In this document: piece by piece, positions 60,521-64,000 of the stretch
Layout of the letters: each line of letters begins with the position of its first letter
Numbering within the stretch: position 1 is the first letter of the stretch
From: Vicinamibacterales bacterium
GTDB lineage: Bacteria > Acidobacteriota > Vicinamibacteria > Vicinamibacterales > UBA8438
Length of the DNA: 64,000 nucleotides
Assembly (NCBI GenBank): GCA_963665465.1
Contig: OY762226.1
Coordinates: 5,713,612 to 5,777,611, forward strand
Direction: 5' to 3'
Notes under the pieces: generated by a model
Database searches by the model: none
The model's input: only the letters and a program-made list of their open reading frames with translations
Told to the model about the DNA's origin: nothing
Made by a program: the position numbers and the translations under genes

Positions 60521-62046
60521 TGGAAGCTGGAATCATGCACGACACGTCGTTCGACGAATTTCGGGAGCGCGCACGAGACGGCACGTTCGTGCCGATCTGC
60601 AAGGAAGTGATGGCCGACCTGCTGACGCCCGTCTCGGCGTTCCTCAAGGTCGCCGAGCACGCCGACAACGCCTTCCTGCTGGAGAGCGTCGAAGGGGGTG
60701 AGCGTCTGGCGCGCTATTCCTTCCTCGGCAAGGACCCCTTCATGGTGCTCCGGGCCCGCGACGGGCGCACGGTCATCGAGCGCGGCGCCGAGCGCGAGGA
60801 GCGTGCGGAACCGTTCATCGACACGCTGCGCGACGTGATGGGGCGCTGCCGGTCGCCGTGGGTGCCCGGGCTGCCCCGGTTCACCGGCGGGGCGGTCGGG
60901 TTTCTGGGCTACGAGGCGGCCGGCTGGTTCGAGCCGTCCCTCGGACGGGCCTGGGCGCAGCACGGCAAGACGGCCGGGGCGGGAGGCGAGCTGGCGGCCT
61001 TCATGCTGTTCGACACGATCCTCGCGTTCGATCACGTGAAGCACCGGATTCTGATCATCGCCAACGCCGCGATCGGCGACGGGGGCGATCTGCGGGGGCA
61101 CTACGACTTCGCGCAGACCCGGATCGGGTTCCTCGAGCGCGAGCTGCGGCGCAGCATCTCCGAGCGCGACGACACGCCGGACGAACGCTTCGAGGTGCGG
61201 TCGAACACGACGCGCGAGGCGTTCGAGGAGAGCGTGCGGACCGCGAAGGAGCACATCCGCCGGGGGGACATCTTCCAGGTCGTGCTCTCGCAGCGCTTCG
61301 AGGCCGACGTGACGGTCGATCCGTTCACCGTGTATCGGACGCTGCGCTACGTGAACCCCTCGCCGTACATGTACTTCATCCGGATGGGTGCGCGCGTCCT
61401 CGTGGGATCGTCGCCGGAGATGCTCGTGCGCGCGGAGGGGACGCACGTCGAGACCCATCCGATAGCCGGCACGCGGCCGCGCGGGCCCAGCGAGGCCGAG
61501 GATGCGCGGTTGGCTGCGGAGCTGCAGCAGGACGAGAAGGAGCGGGCGGAGCACGTCATGCTGGTGGATCTGGGCCGCAACGACCTGGGGCGGGTCTGCA
61601 AGTTCGGGACGGTGACGGTGCCCACCTACATCACGCTCGAGCGCTATTCCCACGTCATGCACCTGGTCTCGCGGGTGGAAGGGGAGTTGACTGCCGACCA
61701 GGACCGCCTCGACGCCCTGGCCGCCTGCTTTCCGGCGGGAACGGTGTCCGGTGCGCCCAAGATTCGGGCCATGGAGATCATCGCGGAGCTCGAGTCGACC
61801 ACGCGCGGCCCGTACGCCGGCGCCATCGGCTACCTCGACTTCGCCGGGCACCTGGACTGCTGCATCACCATTCGGACCATCCTCATCGAGGGCGGCAAGG
61901 CCTACGTCCAGGCCGGCGCCGGGATCGTCGCCGACTCGAGCCCCGCCGCCGAGTTCCAGGAGACCTGCGACAAGGCGTCGGCATTGCTGCGCGCGCTCGA
62001 GATGGCGCAGCGCGGCCGCGGGCCGACGAGCATGGGAGTGAGCTGA
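60520..62046 (+). CDS. trpE: Anthranilate synthase component I
   Basis: ATG 60520 overlaps the aroDE stop (TGATG). LLESVEGGERLARYSF, GDIFQVVLSQRF, NPSPYMYF, GTLSGAPK-type (GTVSGAPKIRAMEII) and GGAIGY-type motifs are present. Confidence 0.9.
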   Translation: MEAGIMHDTSFDEFRERARDGTFVPICKEVMADLLTPVSAFLKVAEHADNAFLLESVEGGERLARYSFLGKDPFMVLRARDGRTVIERGAEREERAEPFIDTLRDVMGRCRSPWVPGLPRFTGGAVGFLGYEAAGWFEPSLGRAWAQHGKTAGAGGELAAFMLFDTILAFDHVKHRILIIANAAIGDGGDLRGHYDFAQTRIGFLERELRRSISERDDTPDERFEVRSNTTREAFEESVRTAKEHIRRGDIFQVVLSQRFEADVTVDPFTVYRTLRYVNPSPYMYFIRMGARVLVGSSPEMLVRAEGTHVETHPIAGTRPRGPSEAEDARLAAELQQDEKERAEHVMLVDLGRNDLGRVCKFGTVTVPTYITLERYSHVMHLVSRVEGELTADQDRLDALAACFPAGTVSGAPKIRAMEIIAELESTTRGPYAGAIGYLDFAGHLDCCITIRTILIEGGKAYVQAGAGIVADSSPAAEFQETCDKASALLRALEMAQRGRGPTSMGVS

Positions 62047-62051
62047 GCGTC

Positions 62052-62618
<567 letters not shown>

Positions 62619-63638
62619 ATGTTTGCCGGCCTCATCGAGAAGCTGCGGCGGCGGCGCGATCTGACCGAGCCGGAAGCGGCGGCGGCCATGGCCGAGATCA
62701 TGGGAGGGCGGGCGACGCCGGCACAGATCGCCGGCCTGCTCGTCGGTCTGTCGATGAAGGGCGAGCGGCCGGCCGAGATCGTCGGTCTCGCCAGGACGAT
62801 GCGCGCCGAGTCGGTGGCGCTGTCACGCTCCTTCGCGAACGTGTTCGACACCTGCGGGACCGGCGGCGACGGCCTGGGCACGTTCAACGTGTCGTCGCTC
62901 GCCGCGCTGGTGCTGGCCGCCTGCGGCGTCCGCGTCGCCAAGCACGGCAACCGTTCGGTGTCGAGCCGCTGCGGCAGCGCCGACCTGTTCGCCGCGTTGG
63001 GCGTGGACGTATCCGCCGCGCCGGCGGTGGTCGAACGCTGCCTGGCCGACGTCGGCATCGCCTTCTTCTTCGCGCCCACGTTCCATCCGTCGATGCGGCA
63101 TGCCGGCCCGACGCGGCGCGAGCTGGGCGTGCGCACGGCGTTCAATCTGCTGGGCCCGCTCACGAATCCGGCGGGCGCGACCAGGCAGCTGATCGGTGTG
63201 CCGAGCCCCGAGTACACGGACCTGATTGCCCATGCCCTCGTGCAGCTCGGATCCGAGCACGCGTGGGTGGTGCACGGTGCGGAAGGGCTCGACGAGATCT
63301 CCCTCGGCGGGCACACGAAGGTCTCGGAATGCCGCGACGGAGCAGTGCATACGTTCTACCTGCACCCCGCCGATTTCGGGCTGGCGCCCATGCCGCTCGA
63401 GCGCCTGCGCGTGACCGACATCACGGAGAGCGCGGCGCTGGCCCGCAGGGTGCTGGACGGCGAGCGCTGCGCCGCGCGGGACTTCGTGGTGGTGAACGCG
63501 GCCGCGGGGCTGTTGGTCGCGGGGCGCGCGGCGTCGCTCCGTGAAGGGACGCGGAGAGCGGCCGACGCGCTCGACGACGGATCGGTCGCAGCCAAGCTGC
63601 GCGAACTGGCCGACGCATCGACGGCGGGGGAGGCGTGA
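62619..63638 (+). CDS. trpD: Anthranilate phosphoribosyltransferase
   Basis: The ATG directly follows the trpG stop. [51 protein letters not shown] and FFFAP are present. Confidence 0.9.
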   Translation: MFAGLIEKLRRRRDLTEPEAAAAMAEIMGGRATPAQIAGLLVGLSMKGERPAEIVGLARTMRAESVALSRSFANVFDTCGTGGDGLGTFNVSSLAALVLAACGVRVAKHGNRSVSSRCGSADLFAALGVDVSAAPAVVERCLADVGIAFFFAPTFHPSMRHAGPTRRELGVRTAFNLLGPLTNPAGATRQLIGVPSPEYTDLIAHALVQLGSEHAWVVHGAEGLDEISLGGHTKVSECRDGAVHTFYLHPADFGLAPMPLERLRVTDITESAALARRVLDGERCAARDFVVVNAAAGLLVAGRAASLREGTRRAADALDDGSVAAKLRELADASTAGEA

Positions 63639-63641
63639 GCA

Positions 63642-64000
63642 TGGTCGAGGGCGCCACCGGGCGGCGCCCGTCGACCCAACGTCCGGATCTGCTCGAGGCG
63701 ATCGTGGCCGCCACGCGGCACGAGGTGCTGTTGCGCGAGAAGCAGGTGAGCACGGCAGCCCTGGAACGGGCGGCGGCTCGTCGTGCGCCGCAGGCCGACG
63801 CGTTTCGGGCGGCGCTGGCCGCGGGCGGCCGCTTCAACGTCATCGCCGAGTGCAAGCGGCGGTCGCCGTCGCGGGGTGTCCTGCGCCCGGACTACCGGCC
63901 GGAACGGATTGCACGCGAGTACGCGGCCGCCGGCGCGTCGGCCGTGTCCGTGCTGACGGAGCCGACGTTCTTCGACGGCAAGCTGAGCGATCTGGCGGCG
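63642..64000 (+). CDS. trpC: Indole-3-glycerol-phosphate synthase, 5' part (3' end outside window)
   Basis: ATG 63642 lies 3 nt after the trpD stop. [12 protein letters not shown]...[17 protein letters not shown]...[18 protein letters not shown] is the canonical TrpC N-terminal region. It is not in the ORF track because no stop is reached. Confidence 0.85.

Overview
This is a very GC-rich bacterial chromosomal segment. The gene content (a DUF1588/DUF1552 pair, an ankyrin protein, many Sec/TAT-exported hypothetical proteins, numerous PQQ enzymes) suggests an Acidobacteriota- or Gemmatimonadota-like soil organism; that assignment is inference only. I support about 55 protein-coding genes, one IS3-family insertion that splits a serine-hydrolase gene, a dispersed ~77-bp intergenic repeat family, and a 3'-terminal aroDE-trpE-trpG-trpD-trpC operon. 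By eye I saw no rRNA, tRNA or CRISPR array. Most long ORFs in the six-frame track are GC-driven shadow frames (Arg/Ala/Gly/Pro-rich) of real genes and were discarded. Four signals stand out. (1) An unlisted 36-codon leader ORF with three consecutive Trp codons is followed by an intrinsic terminator immediately upstream of aroDE-trpEGDC, which looks like a classical ribosome-mediated trp attenuator. (2) Eight paralogs of a ~320-aa secreted protein family that I cannot name (invariant WEGDTLVVETTNF and YEYACHEGNY motifs) lie in tandem arrays and next to three atypical PQQ dehydrogenases. (3) Those PQQ dehydrogenases carry a D-x-D active-site signature, lack the vicinal Cys pair, and have no cytochrome c partner nearby. 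(4) An RsbW/RsbV partner-switching module is duplicated, and its second copy is fused into one ORF. Other observations include segmental duplications with identical tracts suggesting gene conversion, a heme c / copper-monooxygenase-like fusion protein, and several apparently leaderless genes.
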